A stretch of DNA of 64,000 bases from contig NC_135661.1 in assembly GCF_964188315.1 (NCBI RefSeq), positions 29,698,001-29,762,000 on the forward strand. Reading direction: 5' to 3'. The notes beneath the pieces were generated by a model. The model saw only the letters and a list, made by a program, of their open reading frames with translations. It had not been told where the DNA came from and searched no databases. Shown here piece by piece: positions 11,555 through 24,400 of this stretch (positions are counted from its first letter, which is position 1; each line of letters opens with the position of its first letter). The position numbers and the translations under genes are program-made. This DNA is from Podarcis muralis. Its lineage: Eukaryota.

Positions 11555-11745
11555 GTCCTGGTGTCCTGGACTTGTTGGACGCAAAGGAATGGTGGGAGGA
11601 ACCAGCTGGGGAATCCCCAAGGGAAGAAGGCTCAGAGCCAGGGGATTGGTGGGACAACAATGAGGAAGAAGACTGGGAGGAAGCTGAAGAGGTAATAGGG
11701 CTTGGCGTGAAGGGGAAGTTGGTGTGGGGGGAGCATACAGTTGTC
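11555..11745 (+). repeat. Fragment of an interspersed repeat with an acidic/Trp-rich reading frame (possibly LTR-derived)
   Basis: Purine-rich stretch encoding EWWEEPAGESPREEGSEPGDWWDNNEEEDWEEAEE, with no gene context, between the convergent 3' ends of C1orf174 and DFFB. The repeat assignment is from recollection only. Confidence 0.35.
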
Positions 11746-12378
11746 CTAAATGTGTAGGACTTGTTTCTGAACAGACGTGCTTAGGACTCTACTAGACAGG
11801 AGAGCTAGATATGCTACAGAAATAAAATCAGGGCTTTACAGGCTCTGGGCTTGAAATGAAGGACTCCAGCATATGTGATTGGTTTCTTATTTTTCATGTT
11901 CCATTCTGCAGTACTGCAGGATAAGCCAGGCTGAAAATGGCACAGAAAACATAAGGCAGTGAAGCCATTTTCTGTTTCTACTACTTGATTTAGGGCTTCC
12001 CCGCGCTTTGCATGGTGGAACTTCCGCCACACCGAGTACTCATATAGGTAAACAGTGAGCCTTCCATTTAAACATTGCAAAATCCCCATAGGATGTGAAG
12101 AAGAATCCATTGTTTGACTTGGGTGACGGCATGGGCCCTGGCCAATAGGCACCCACATCAGGGAAATCAATGGAGTCGCCAGCATTTGAGAGTTCAAAAA
12201 TGTGTGCCCTTCCTCCTGATGGAGACTGGCACGTGGAACTGAGGTCAAGGGCCAAGAAGGCATTGGGACTCCGCAAAATAAACGCTCGTCTGCCAGACCA
12301 CCCACCCAAGTGCTCAGGAAAAAGTTACATCAACCCACAACTTAGAAGTCAGTCCCTTGGCAAATGGGGGGGGGGGGG

Positions 12379-15300
12379 TCACTTCCGGATCTTGTGGACC
12401 CCTTTCCGTTTTCGGTAGATCTTGCTCTTGTCACAGCTGAGGTTGTGGTAGGCTTTCTTGTGGCAGGCAATGTGCACCAGTTTCAGATTATGGACGGTAA
12501 ACAGCAGCTGGTAGAAGTACTCCCAGTTCACTTCCCTACCGTCTCGACCCTTTACAGCTTCTGCTAACGTCGGGAGGACCGTCCGCTTCTTCTCGATTCT
12601 GAAACAGAAAGCAAGCCCTGTGGATGTTAATATCTAGAGCCTTTTTCAGAATTTGGAAATAAATGTTTCCTGGGGACCCAAGGCAGTGCAAGTTCTGTGC
12701 CAACCCAGGGGAAATAGCAGAATTCTGAGTCCTGAATCTCAGGGCTCAGGGCTGTTGCTTTTCAAGTTCATTTTAAAGTAACACCCATTGCCCCACCCAG
12801 CATTGTAATGTGGCCCCCAGAAGGCTGCCTGCTTAGCAACACAGCCCCTAAGCTAGAATAGGTTGTCCAACCCCAAATTCGGAAGAAATCAGGCTGCCTT
12901 TTGCCTTTCCAAAACGGCAGGAAATGCCCGTTCAGATATTGCACTTGTACCTACACGTGGTCGAGGTTCCAGGTGCTAAAGAGGACTCTGCTCTCTTTGT
13001 TCCCATACGGATTGATGGAGTGTTGGCTAGGGCAGTTTTCTGCATCAAAAGGGCCCTGCGGAAAGACGGCAGCATGAAAGAATAATACAGTAATGTTATT
13101 ATTTATACCCTGCCCATCTGGCTGGGTTTCCCCAGCCACTCTGGGCAGCTTACAGCATATCCAAAAACATAATAAAAACATCAAACCAAATAAAAACCGA
13201 AGCTAAGAGTTCATGGGGAAGAGGGAATACATAAATTTACATAAAAATAAACAAGTTTAAATAAATCTCTGCAAGGGGACAGGGTGTCATGGAATGAGGA
13301 TCACAGCTCCCTCCTGTGCCCTTGTGAAGCAGGTTAGGCTGAGAGGCAGCAACTCTCAGCAAGCTTTGAGGCCGAGTGGAGGAATCTGAACCCTGGTCTC
13401 CTGAGTCCTAAATCCTAAGGCAGTGGTTTTCAATCACTGTGCTTTGGCACCCTGGGGTGCCTTGAATGATGCTCAGGGGTACCACAGGTAACACTGGCTT
13501 CTGAACCCCTTCCCTCCCTCCTGGTGCCCTCTCGCATCTCTGCCTCCCAAAGGCTTGCACAGCTGCTTGTTGCAGCCCTGGCTACAAGCTCCACAGGTGA
13601 ATGGTGCCTCTGGGGCCTTGGAGCAAGCAAGCAAGCAGGTGAGGGAGCCCACCCAGCCAATCCGCCAGCCCTTGCTGTTGGGAATGGACAGACAAGTCCC
13701 AGGCCCCTGTGGGGCACTGTGAGGAGGTACTTCTCTTTGAGGGGACAGTTAAGAGACCAGGCACAGTGGTGGCAGCTGCCCAGAGGACTCCCAAGAAGAG
13801 GGGAGAGGAAAGGAGGCCGAGGGAACGCTCCACAAGGGAGGGTGTTTGAAAAAGGGTGAGAGGCTGCCAGCTCTGCAGGCAAGATGTGACATAACTGGGC
13901 TTCTGAGCCCCACAGGGTTGCTGCAGAATGTCGGTGGTGAAGGGAGACGTGGACTCAAAGAAGTTTTAAACCTCTGGTCTAAGAAATGCAATTGAGAACT
14001 AAGCCAGGTGGGACACTGCAAGGGCCTATCCAGCTCTGCCCAGCCCTACAAAGGGAAGCTCGGAGGCCAGGTTTCAGAGGCTGAAGAGAGAATCCTGCCA
14101 AGGGTAGCGCCTGCTCTGTCTCCATCTCTGTCCCACTCACACTGCTGCCGTCGGAGGTTCACCTCTTGCCCGCCATGGATTCCCTTCCCACTCTTCTGAA
14201 CATGCGGGTGAATCTGCTGACCTCATCAGAAGTCTAGGCAGCTGGCCCAGAGGTCAGAACCCCTGGATGTTGGTGGCCAGTGTTTTTCTTGGTTGCCTGG
14301 GGGAAGGGAGAAGTCCGACCTACTAGTATACGGCCCCCCAAAGGTAACTTAGGAGGGAATGTGGCCCTCTGCCTGGAAAATGTTCCCCATCCCTGCCCTG
14401 TGTCTGTTAGAACTCTCTTTTTTTTTAAGACAACCGGATATGGACACACAGTTTTGCAACACCAGAAACTAGTTTGAAACTTACTTGACAAGAGAACCAG
14501 CCTTCTGGCGTGCAAAGGCAGACCTTCTTGTCTTCTCTTCTGTCAAAATAACAGCCATTGTACCTCTCTGACTTTAATTTCAACAGCATCTCTTCCGCAA
14601 TCTCTTTGAATTTAGCTTGGACGGCCGGGTGGAGTGCGGAAGCATAGTTGCCGACCTTTATTTAAAATGAAACAAACAAAGCTGTGGCTTATTCGTGTAT
14701 TTGAGGATTCCTACCCTATGGTTTGGCTCAATGGGTCTTCAAGGTGGCTCACAAATTCATTGGGTGGTATTCAACTAAGTTTTACTCAGAGGTGACCCAT
14801 TGAAATGAATGGGTCCAGTTTAGTCATGTTCATTCACTACACTGAGGCTGCTCTGAGTACAACTAAGCTGAGTGGAATCCACTGACTAAAAGAAAAATGC
14901 AGATGAAAGTGTAAGACAGGTAGCTAACCCCTCTGCCCCCAAAATCATTAAAAAATGTTTTTTTTTTGTGCCACATAAGACCCCCTCAGACTTGTGATTT
15001 TAAACATTTGTGTGTGTAATCGGACAGTCCTGTGTCCAGTAGGGTCCCCTACTGTGTAACTCCCCAGCAACTTGCCATTTATAATCATTATAATACTGTT
15101 TAAATATGACCTTTGAAACTTTTACTAGCTTCTTCCATATGGCCCTCACAGTGATAACTGATGCATCTAAAAGGTGAACTATGGGCTGCATCAAACATGC
15201 ATTACCTCTTTCATGTAACCTCGGATCCTGCTCTCACAGCTGTAGCGCATGTAACTGGACTTCGTCTTAAAGCGAGATTCAACCCCTAGGAGAGAGGGGG

Positions 15301-17377
15301 GAAACCCCATTAACCTTCTACCCGCATCTATAAAACAGGCCCTTCTTCTGAAAGCAGTTCTGAAGCCTTTTTAATACCCAAGGTGTGGGGCGAAGAACCC
15401 CTATTTGATCTTACTCCTGTACAGGCAGTGTGGTGTAGTGGTTAGAGTCCCAGATTATGTATTGCAGGCCTGAGTATTTCAGGCCTTTGGCTCAAGATCA
15501 TGTCACTATCTCTGCATGAGCTGAGATTGGGAGGTGTGCAGGAATCAATGCTTTGTGTTGGGCTTTCTCTTCCAAGGGGTTTTGGACACACCCAAAACAG
15601 ACTCCCTTGCAAGGTAGTAGACTCTCCTTCCTTGGAGATTTTTAAAGAGAGGTTGGGTGGCCATCTGTCAGGGATTCTTTAGTTGTGATTCTTACGTCGC
15701 AGGGGGTTGAACTAGATGAGCCTTGGGGTGCCGCCCAACTCTGTGATTATATGAAACGTGTAATGTTTAGCAAAGAATAAGAAGAAAAATACAACCTTCC
15801 TTAAGGGGCGTGTCGGCACCGAGGCAGAGCTCACCTTCGAACCATCTCCCGTCTTCCTCTCTGCTTTCCCCTGAAATATTTTCACTGAGAGTTTGAATGA
15901 GGTCAGCCAGCAGCTTCCGTCTCTTGGGGGCTTCCTCGTCAGAGAGCAGCCCCTGCGCTGCGCGAATAACATCGTCCGTTCGGCTGGAAAAGGCATCAAG
16001 AAACCGCTGGATCTCGCTCACATCTGCAAGGTTGTTAGAGTGGGGGAGGGTGTGTGCAAAATTATTCAGGGTTGCTTGTTCCTGCTTTAATCAAGATAAT
16101 ATTTTACATTATTATTAATGGTTGTGAAAATAATCAGTAATTAGCATTAATTTTTAATCAGTATTAACAGTAATAATGAAACGCTTAACATTTTCAAAAA
16201 GCTCTCAAGCATTCAAAGCATTTGCAATATCTGACTAATCTGAATGCATCAAACCTGGATTTATCTGAGTCAACATGGTTATATTTGTGTTGCAACCAAT
16301 TACAGTAATTCATGAAAGGAAGGGAAGAAAGAGAAAATGTCTACTTCATAGAAAATGTGCATGCTCACCAACAACGGAAATTTCCCAGTTAATAATATTA
16401 TTTCATAATTTATTAATTTCATACAACGCTATGTGATATTTGTTGGCTGGGTTATGTGCATACACTCAAAATGCATGAGGACGGTGGATGTTTTCAGGCG
16501 GCAGAATAGAAGAAAACTCCCTGTCCTACTCACAGCCATGCCAGCTCTCTCCTGGGGGTAGCAAGATGAGTTCCGAATGATCTGGAATATGCTGAAAATA
16601 ACCTTCCGTCACCTCTGTGCCATCCTCATATAAGCACAGCCGGCAGTCGGTGTAAGGGACCTGTTGGGAAGGTGACACAAGGCACATGGAGTCAGGGCAG
16701 CCGTCACAAGACACAGGAAGATTCCCCCGCCAGCCCTCTCCCCAGACCAACTTTTAATCTTTTCTTATATTTATATCCCGCCTTTCGTCCGCCATAGAAC
16801 CCAAGGTGGTGTGTATGTGGTCTCCCATCCAGTCCTCAGTCCCCAACCTGCTTAGCTTCCGCAAGGAGGTGGCCTCATCCTAGCCAGAGCACTGGGGTTT
16901 TGTTCAGATGCCACCCTAAACCATCGTTTGCTTGCTCTAAACCAGTGTTTCCCAAACTTGGGTCCCCAGCTTTTGTGGACTACAATTCCCATCATCCCTG
17001 ACCACTGGTCCTGCTAGCTAGGGATGATGGGAGTTGTAGTCCAAAAACTGTGGAGGCCCAAGTTTGGGAAAAACTACCCCGCTTCACTGGATTAAAGAAG
17101 GGAGTTGGACTATATGACCCTCGGATTCCCTTCCAACTCCAGTTCTGTGATTCTATTAAGCAACTTGAGCACCTGCAGTTCCTCAGCGGCTCCAGCAGGG
17201 GCCGCTGCTTGCACATGATTTCCGCGGCGGTCCTAAAGCCCGCTGCATACCCAACCACCTCAACTGCACCTGCAGGAAGGCGCAGGCCTTGGAGAGCAAC
17301 TCCTTCAGGCTTCTTGCCGCCACTCCGAATTTTCGATCGCTGCCGAGGCTACGGATTTTGAACGCTTTGGGTGCCAT
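12379..17377 (-). CDS. DFFB: DNA fragmentation factor subunit beta (CAD/DFF40), 331 aa; exons 17377-17270, 16660-16534, 16023-15835, 15285-15206, 14655-14485, 13055-12955, 12598-12379
   Basis: CIDE-N domain (RKFGVAARSLKELL...CRLCLYEDGTEVTE) followed by the nuclease domain (LCTPEGWFSCQGPFD...HSINPYGNKESRVLFSTWNLDHVIEKKRT...LKLVHIACHKK). Internal exon sizes 127/189/80/171/101 match the recalled mammalian structure. All introns are GT-AG and the 996-nt CDS is open. Confidence 0.98.
13421..13976. mobile_element. Non-autonomous hAT element related to 1778-2206, opposite orientation, in DFFB intron 5
   Basis: Imperfect TIRs CAGTGGTTTTCAATC / GTTTTAAACCTCTG. Shares internal sequence (GCCTGCAGAGCTGGCAGCCTCTCACCCTTTTT) in reverse complement. 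Degenerate 8-bp flanks TCCTAAGG / GTCTAAGA. Confidence 0.75.
16943..17076. mobile_element. Short palindromic hAT-type MITE in DFFB intron 1
   Basis: CAGTGTTTCCCAAACTTGGG ... CCCAAGTTTGGGAA inverted ends around a GGACTACAATTCCCATCATCCC / GGGATGATGGGAGTTGTAGTCC palindrome. Same family as 58041-58177. Confidence 0.7.
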
Positions 17378-17379
17378 CG

Positions 17380-17870
17380 CGCTGCAGGCGGGACTCGAAC
17401 CCACAGGTCCTGCCTTCCGGGTCTCGGCCCCGAAAGGAGCGGGGCTCTGATTAGTCGACAGAAGTGCTTGTCAAGCGTTAGGACCCGCCTCTGTCCTCCC
17501 TTAAAGGAATAGGAGATTATTTTTATTGGTCAACATCGATCCGCGACCGATAAGAAAAGATTTAAGGAAATGATTAATTGTCTACTTTGAGGACAATGCT
17601 ACCTTAGCACCAAATACAGTACTTCCTTATCTAAGCTGACAAATCTGTTTTATTCGTTTTCTTTAAGCCGCATGCGCAAAAGGGTCTTTCCCGCCTCAAT
17701 AAAAACGGCCGGGCTTGGTCATTCCCAATGCGCATGCTCACTCCTTTGCCGCAAGCTTTCGCCATGTTAGCTGAAGGAGTGGTGCAGCCCTTCAACGCAT
17801 GCGTGGAAAGGTATTTTGGGCATGATCAAAAGCTCCGCCCCCAGCTGGTCATAGAGATAGAAAATATTAG
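17380..17870 (-). promoter_or_regulatory. DFFB promoter (CpG-rich, three NRF1-like sites)
   Basis: Lies upstream of the DFFB ATG. CCGCATGCGC (17668-17677), TGCGCATGCTC (17729-17739), ACGCATGCGT (17795-17804), plus GC-box-like CCCGCC words. Confidence 0.65.
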
Positions 17871-17949
17871 AGTCGTACTGCCAAGTATACTTTCTCGGAG
17901 CTTTTAAATGCAATGCGCGGGCTGGGTTATGGAGGCTCCTTATGAATTA

Positions 17950-18310
17950 AGGTAAAGGTAAAGGTACCCCTGCCCGTACGGGCCAGTCTTGCCAGACTCT
18001 AGGGTTGTGCGCCCATCTCACTCTATAGGCCGGGGGCCAGCGCTGTCCGGAGACACTTCCGGGTCACGTGGCCAGCGTGACAAGCTGCATCTGGCGAGCC
18101 AGTGCAGCACACGGAAACGCCGTTTACCTTCCCGCCAGTAAGCGGTCCCTATTTATCTACTTGCACCCGGGGTTCTTTCGAACTGCTAGGTTGGCAGGCG
18201 CTGGGACCGAACGACGGGAGCGCACCCCGCCGCGGGGATTCGAACCGCCGACCTTTCGATCGGCAAGCCCTAGGCGCTGAGGCTCTTACCCACAGCGCCA
18301 CCCGCGTCCC
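17950..18310 (-). mobile_element. Full-length, young Sauria SINE between the DFFB and CEP104 promoters
   Basis: Minus-strand head GGGACGCGGGTGGCGCTGTGG with B box GGTTCGAATCC and (ACCTTT)n tail. CpGs are retained. Perfect target duplication TTATGAATTA at 17940-17949 and 18311-18320. Confidence 0.93.
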
Positions 18311-19139
18311 TTATGAATTACTTCATCCCAAAGTCAGAAAATATTTATTGTAGGTCCCCCATCACCACTACATTTTTTTTTGTTCACACAACAACCCCGT
18401 GAGTTAGATCAGCCTGAGAAGTAATGCATTGACTGTCCAGTGTATATCATTCTTCCCTAGAGGGCAGAGGAGGAGGGGGAGGCTGGTGTAAAGATCAAGT
18501 GTCAACATCAGATGGGATTTGGCCCCTGTGATGACAAGTGCTGGAGAAGAGGGGCCACTGGCTTGATCCAGCAGGCTCTCTCTTTTTTTGTTTCTATGTT
18601 GACAACGAACATCCATACCAAAGCACTAGAGCATGCTTTGCACTTAAAATGTCTCAAAGAATATCATTGCTGCTGCTTGAGAAACATGTATAAAATTGAG
18701 CAGGTTTAAGAGCAGACAGCTAATAACTCAGGTCCCTATTAATTTGATATCGATAGCTGGTTGCTATTTAAATTTGCTGCCACTGAAAATGTTACTTTCC
18801 TTACGTAGTATCGGGCTTGATTTCTCCCCATTCCTTCCCCTCCAGCAAAAGGTGGGGGCGGGGAATAATCAGGCGGACTTCTGCTAGATTAGTATACAGT
18901 ATTTTTTTTAGCCTGAGTCCTTGCTCTGAAGCAAGGATTGTCTCCAAAACTGAAGCCTTTCGTGTATGTGTGAATGTGTGCGTGTGTTGATCGTTAGACT
19001 GTGTACACCCTTAGAAATTCGATTAAAAAATAAATAAATAGCGGGATATAAATGGTTCTAAATAAATAAAATGAGTACATTACCATAACTGATTTGTTTA
19101 TTATTATTTCTGTGTTCCCGCAGCACCTTCCTCTACCTA

Positions 19140-19420
19140 ACAGCGCAGGGGCGGAAAGGGTGCGAAGCAGTAGAGAGGCGAATGGGCAGAGCGTCGCCGC
19201 GCTAAAGAGAGCGAGACCGCGCTTGCTGGCGAGCCCAATGGCCGCGTGCCATTGTTTTTCACCGGAACTTCCGTTTGGCGCGTCAGCTTCCTCGGATACC
19301 CTTGATCTCTTTTTAGTCTCCGCCCCGCCGCTCGGCTCGCGCCTGCGCAGTAGCGTCCAAGTGGTTGCTAGGAGAGCAGTGGCCCTAGTGATGGAGCCGG
19401 AATAAAGTAGGTAGGAAGAA
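19140..19420 (+). promoter_or_regulatory. CEP104 promoter and probable non-coding exon 1
   Basis: CpG island with CCAAT, ETS CCGGAACTTCCG, GC box, NRF1-like GCGCCTGCGC and RFX X-box-like GTTGCTAGGAGA (19364-19375), consistent with a ciliary gene. Candidate donors GTAGGT/GTAGGA at 19407 and 19411. Confidence 0.7.
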
Positions 19421-20080
19421 TGGAAGAGAGAGAGAAAGAAAGAGACAAAGCGAAGAGGGGTGGGGAGGGAAGGCCGCGCCTCTTGTTCCCCTTAGGGGCC
19501 CCTCCCTTTGGGGGAGGGGGAGGAAGGTGTCGGCCCCTCCCTCATCCTTAGGTGGGGGTGGGAGGCGACCATAATAGAGGGTTGGGGGTGAAGTGTGCGT
19601 GGGCATTTATATATTTATTTCATTGCATTTATATCCCACATTTTTTCCCTCCAAGGAGCTCAAGGTTTCCCCCCTCCTCATTTAGTCCCCACAACAACCC
19701 TGCGAGGTAGGCTAGGCTGAGAGGCAGTGGCTAAGTGCCCAGGTCAACATCCAGGGAGCTTCATGCACAGCCAATGAATGAGTGGGGATTTGAACCCGGG
19801 CTTATGGGTCTCCTTTCCCCCCTGCTATCTCCACAGCAGCCTTGTGAGGTGGGTTAGGCTGAGAGGCAGCAACTGCCTCCTCCTCACCAAGGTTACCATG
19901 GGAGCTTCATGGCCAAGTGTGGAGATTTGAATCCTGGTCTCTCCCAGGTCCTAGTCCGACACTCTAGCCACTACGCCACACTGCCTCATGGTTTATGCCT
20001 TCCTGGCATGTTTCAACATTATTTGCCTCTCAGAAATGCAAAATGCAGCTCACAGGTTAAGAACTTATGATACTCGTATA

Positions 20081-20303
20081 CAGTGGTACCTCAGGTTAAG
20101 TACTTAATTCGTTCTGGAGGTCTGTTCTTAACCTGAATGTTCTTAACCTGAAGCACCACTTTAGCTAATGGGGCCTCCCGCTGCCGCCACGCTGCCAGAG
20201 CCTGATTTCTGTTCTCATCTGAAGCAAAGTTCTTAACCTGAAGTACTATTTCTGGGTTAGCGGAGTCTGTAACCTGAAGCGTATGTAACCCGAGGTACCA
20301 CTG
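20081..20303. mobile_element. Tc1/mariner (pogo/Tigger-like) MITE, 223 bp
   Basis: TA|CAGTGGTACCTC ... GAGGTACCACTG|TA, with internal TAACCTGAA repeats. Confidence 0.9.
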
Positions 20304-21406
20304 TACTGGGTGGGCAAGTCATATAAGAGCCTGTGGCTCCCCAGATGCTGTTGGACTCCAGCAGTCAACATGACCAAAGTGATGGAACAATATCTGGGGG
20401 AGGTCACAGATGTTTATCATCCGTGCTCCATGGCAAGTTATTTCCAATCAATCTGGAAATCCAGAAGCCACGTTTTGTACCCTGAGGAACTTTTTATTTT
20501 AAAACATATTCAGGTTTTACATTGTTAGCCCATGGAACTGTCTACCCACAAGATCTGGCTTTGAGTGTCAGTTGACTATGCTGTATTCTTTATTAGTTTA
20601 TCTAAACATTCATAAGAATGTAAGATGAACCTTGCCGAGTCAGAGCAAAGGCTCATCTAATTCAGCATCCCACTGCCCAAATTGGCTAGCCTGATGCTTC
20701 CTGATAGCCTGCAAGCTTGTATTGTGCTTCTGAGATTCTGAGAGGCAACTGGTTGACCAAAGTGCTTGACCATGTGGACCTTTGGTCTCATCTGGCAGTG
20801 GTGCTCTTGCATTCTTAACTTGCAGAATATAATCTCAAACTTCAATTTTTAAAAATCCATAATTTTGCATGTCTTACCCTAAAAGAATGTAGAATTGTTA
20901 TTAAGAAAATAAGAAGAGCCTGCTGGATCAGGCCAATGACACATCTGGTCCAGCATCCTGATCTCACAGATGCCTGTAAGAAACCTGCAAGCAGGACCGA
21001 GCACAAGAGCACTCTCCTGTGGTTTCTAGCACCTAGGGTTCAGAGGCATGGTGCCTCTGACAGTGACAGCAAAGCATAGCCCTAATAGCTGGTAGCCATT
21101 CATAATATTTCGTAGACTTATCCTCTGTAAGTTTTATCTTATATTTTAAATCCACCCACATGTCAGTGGCTACCTCTGCCTCCTGTGGAAGCAAGCTCCG
21201 TAGTTTGTAACTACGCGATGTGTGAAGAACTTTTCTTTGATCTGACCTGAATTTTCCAGCATTCAGCTACATTGGATGCTCCTGAGTTCTAGTGCTATGG
21301 GAGAAGGAGGGCGGGGGAATCTCTAACCACTTTCTCCATGCCATGCAAAAATACTTATAATTATAAAGCATCTTCCTTTTTTCCCCAGTTAGTTCAAGAG
21401 GGCAGG

Positions 21407-24400
21407 ATGCCGCACAAGATTGGGTTTATTGTTGTAAGTTCATCAGGGCATGAGGATGGCTTCAGTGCGAAAGAACTGATGGTCCACGCCCCAACCATCA
21501 ATGGCTGGAGGTCACCAAGGTACTGTAAGTGACAGAAATTTTAGGAAGCACTCTGCCAGGTTTAGCGTTGCCAGGCTTGTGGGTTGCATGCAGTTTCCCT
21601 GGCACCTCTGGATGGGGCCTTGCTAGAATCCTGAGGCCCTCGCCTTTGATTTTAAGAGCGTAGTTTCTGTCCATCACAGTTGAACTGCATGGGGGGAAGG
21701 GAATGATTACTTAGGAGCCGGGAACATAAGAACTTTGGCTTGGGGTGCTGAAGCGCTTGGGATGTTTCTTTCATTCCAGGCTCTGCCAGTATCCCCAAGA
21801 AATCGTCCTTCAGATGGTGGAGCGATGTAGGATTCGAAAACTGCAGTTGCTGGCTCACCAGTACATGATTTCTAGCAAGATTGAATTCTACATCAGCGAG
21901 AACCTGCCTGAATATTTTGCACCATACAAATCAGAGAGGTTCCGAAGGCTTGGGTAAGTCTCCCCTCTCTGCAAAATGAGCCAGGCCTCAGTTCCTCATT
22001 TGCTTGGGGCAAGCAAGTTGTTTCTTAAGGTAGAGGAGTTGGTGAGCTTCTACTGGGCAGAAGCAGCAGGGACACTGCATGGATTCTTACAGGGTTTTCT
22101 AATAAGCCATATCCATTCAGGGGATCAGTGTTTCTTGCACAGCCCAAGTAAGCCCATGGAAGCACACACAAGCTCACACAAGTTAGTTCCATTTTCTTCA
22201 CTCTTGGTTTAGGGTTCTGATCACAAGGCAGGTGTCGGGGGGACCATCTGGATTCAGGATAAGAAGCCTTTCTAGAAGGGCTGTACCATATGGAGCAAGT
22301 TTGTTTTCTGCTGCTGTTAATTTCAGGCACATCTTTTTTCAGAGAATAAAGTCTTAGACTCACCGTGTTTTGATTTTGGGGCGCACAATGCACATGTCAG
22401 TACCAGGATGTCTGTCCTTGATGCTTTAAATGTGATCGCGTATAATATGTCTTTTTTTTTCTCCACTGTGATCGCGTATAATATTGTCTTTTTTTTTCCT
22501 CCACCCACCCCTTGCAGTTATGTGTCTCTCTCAAATAATGAGAAAACTGGCTACAAGGCGCGAGAACTGAAATCCGTCTACGTAGATGCTGTTGGCCAAT
22601 ACCTAAAGTTGACGTTCCACAAAAACTATGTCAATAGGTACAACCTGTACAGTCAGGTAAAATGAACCAAAAGGCTAAGGGGGTACTTCATGTTTTACTC
22701 GTCTTTCTGAAAAATGAATCTCCACCCAAGGAAGGCACAGCTTTTGAAGTAGCTGTGAGGTTTCTATTTCTCTGTTTGGGGGCCAATTGCTGTTTTGTTT
22801 GCAGATCCCAGCTTTTCTGCACAGCTCTCATGGCTAATGCTTGCCCTCATGCAAGGCCTCCACCCAACCTCTTTTCAGCAAGACATGCTTGACCCATTGA
22901 GTGTTGTCTGACTAAAAGTGCACTGCCTTGCACACTTACCTGGAAGTAAACCCTACTGAATACAGTGGGGTTTATTTTTGAGTAAACATCCGCAGGATTG
23001 CATGGGAAACCCCACCTGCCTGTTGCCCACTCCAAAATCTGTGATGAGGTCTTCAGTGTGGAGGATCACATGGGGTCACAACACCTGAGATGGCGACTTT
23101 TGCAGAACTAGTTTTTAAAATACTGGCAGCCAGTCTTTCAAAGGACTCAGGACTTCTCTTCAGATTTTAGGAGTTCAGTGTCGTCATTATGAAAAAGCAT
23201 GATGGTGCTATTTCGCTATTCAAATCCATGGCAATACAGTGGATGCTCGGGCTGCGAACGTGATCCGTGCGGGAAGCACGTTCACAACCCGCAGCATTCG
23301 CAACCCGCAGCGGTGCGTCTGTGCACGCGCTGGTCACGATTTGGCAAGCACCAAAACCTGGAAGTAACCCGTTCCAGTACTTCCAGGTTCGGTGCGGTGC
23401 ACAACCCGAAGCGTCTGTAACCCGACTGTAAGACTGTAAATAAAACACACAATAGCACTCAGCCTCCCTTTTGTCTAGATTATCTCTCACCAGCAGGCTG
23501 TGTGCTTTTATTGTGTACAGTTCTATTGTTGAGGGCCTTGGATGTAAGCTTTGCAAAAGGATGAGAAAGGAACTGTAATAACATCAAGTCAATACACTGA
23601 GGAATGCATTGGGGGAGAAAGAAATGACTTTTAGCTGACGGGGAACAAAAACTGAAAATGCTTTGGGAATTCTAATAGTACGAGGAAGAATGAAAGAAGG
23701 CATTTCTACATCTCCAGCACCCTTGCGTCTCAGAATCAAGGATGCTGGAAATGCAGTGTGTTCGATCCAGAGGTTCTGAGGTTGTGGCCAATGATTATTA
23801 TCCAGCAACATCTGTCAGGTCACAGATTCCCCAGCCATGTCCTAAAGGAATCTTAAGACCCAGGGGTTGGATACTCAGTGGTGGAGCATCTGCTTTCCAT
23901 GCAGAAGGTCCCAGTTTCAATTCACCAATATTTCCAGGTAGGGCTAGCAAAGACCCCCTACTGCCAGCCTGTGTAGGTAGTGCTGAGCCATTTAAACCAG
24001 ATTGCTATCTTCTGGGGGCGGGGCTCTTTGCCCTAGTGCAAAACCAGACAAAAATGTGCAAAAAAGGTAAAAATAGCAGGAATAGGCCCAAATTGCATTG
24101 ATTATTTATGTCACAGCACTGAGCTTTCCCTGCCGCAGAATTTCACTTCTTTTAAAAGGCATAGAAAGAAGTCTGCCCATTTTTCCTTTTCCTTTCTTTT
24201 CTAGGTTGCTCTTGTAGCAATAAATATCATTGGAGAGCCTGCAGATGCCAGCAATGACACTAATCATGTAAGTATATGAAGCAATGAGCTGAGGGAAACC
24301 CTGGACCACCTTTACCTTTGGTTAGGGGGGTGGTTCAGTCATAATGCCAAGCCGGTCCTGGTTTCCGGTCCTGGTTTTTAGAGGGCGGGTGCAAGCTGCA

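Noticed and set aside
12040-12309. 89-codon minus-strand frame just downstream of the DFFB stop
   Set aside because: No ATG until late in the frame, no splice context and no recognised homology. Most likely 3' UTR.
18235-18300. tRNA-like A/B boxes (also near 4545, 23870, 26190, 29140, 33200)
   Set aside because: These are SINE heads followed by SINE bodies and tails, not cloverleaf tRNA genes.
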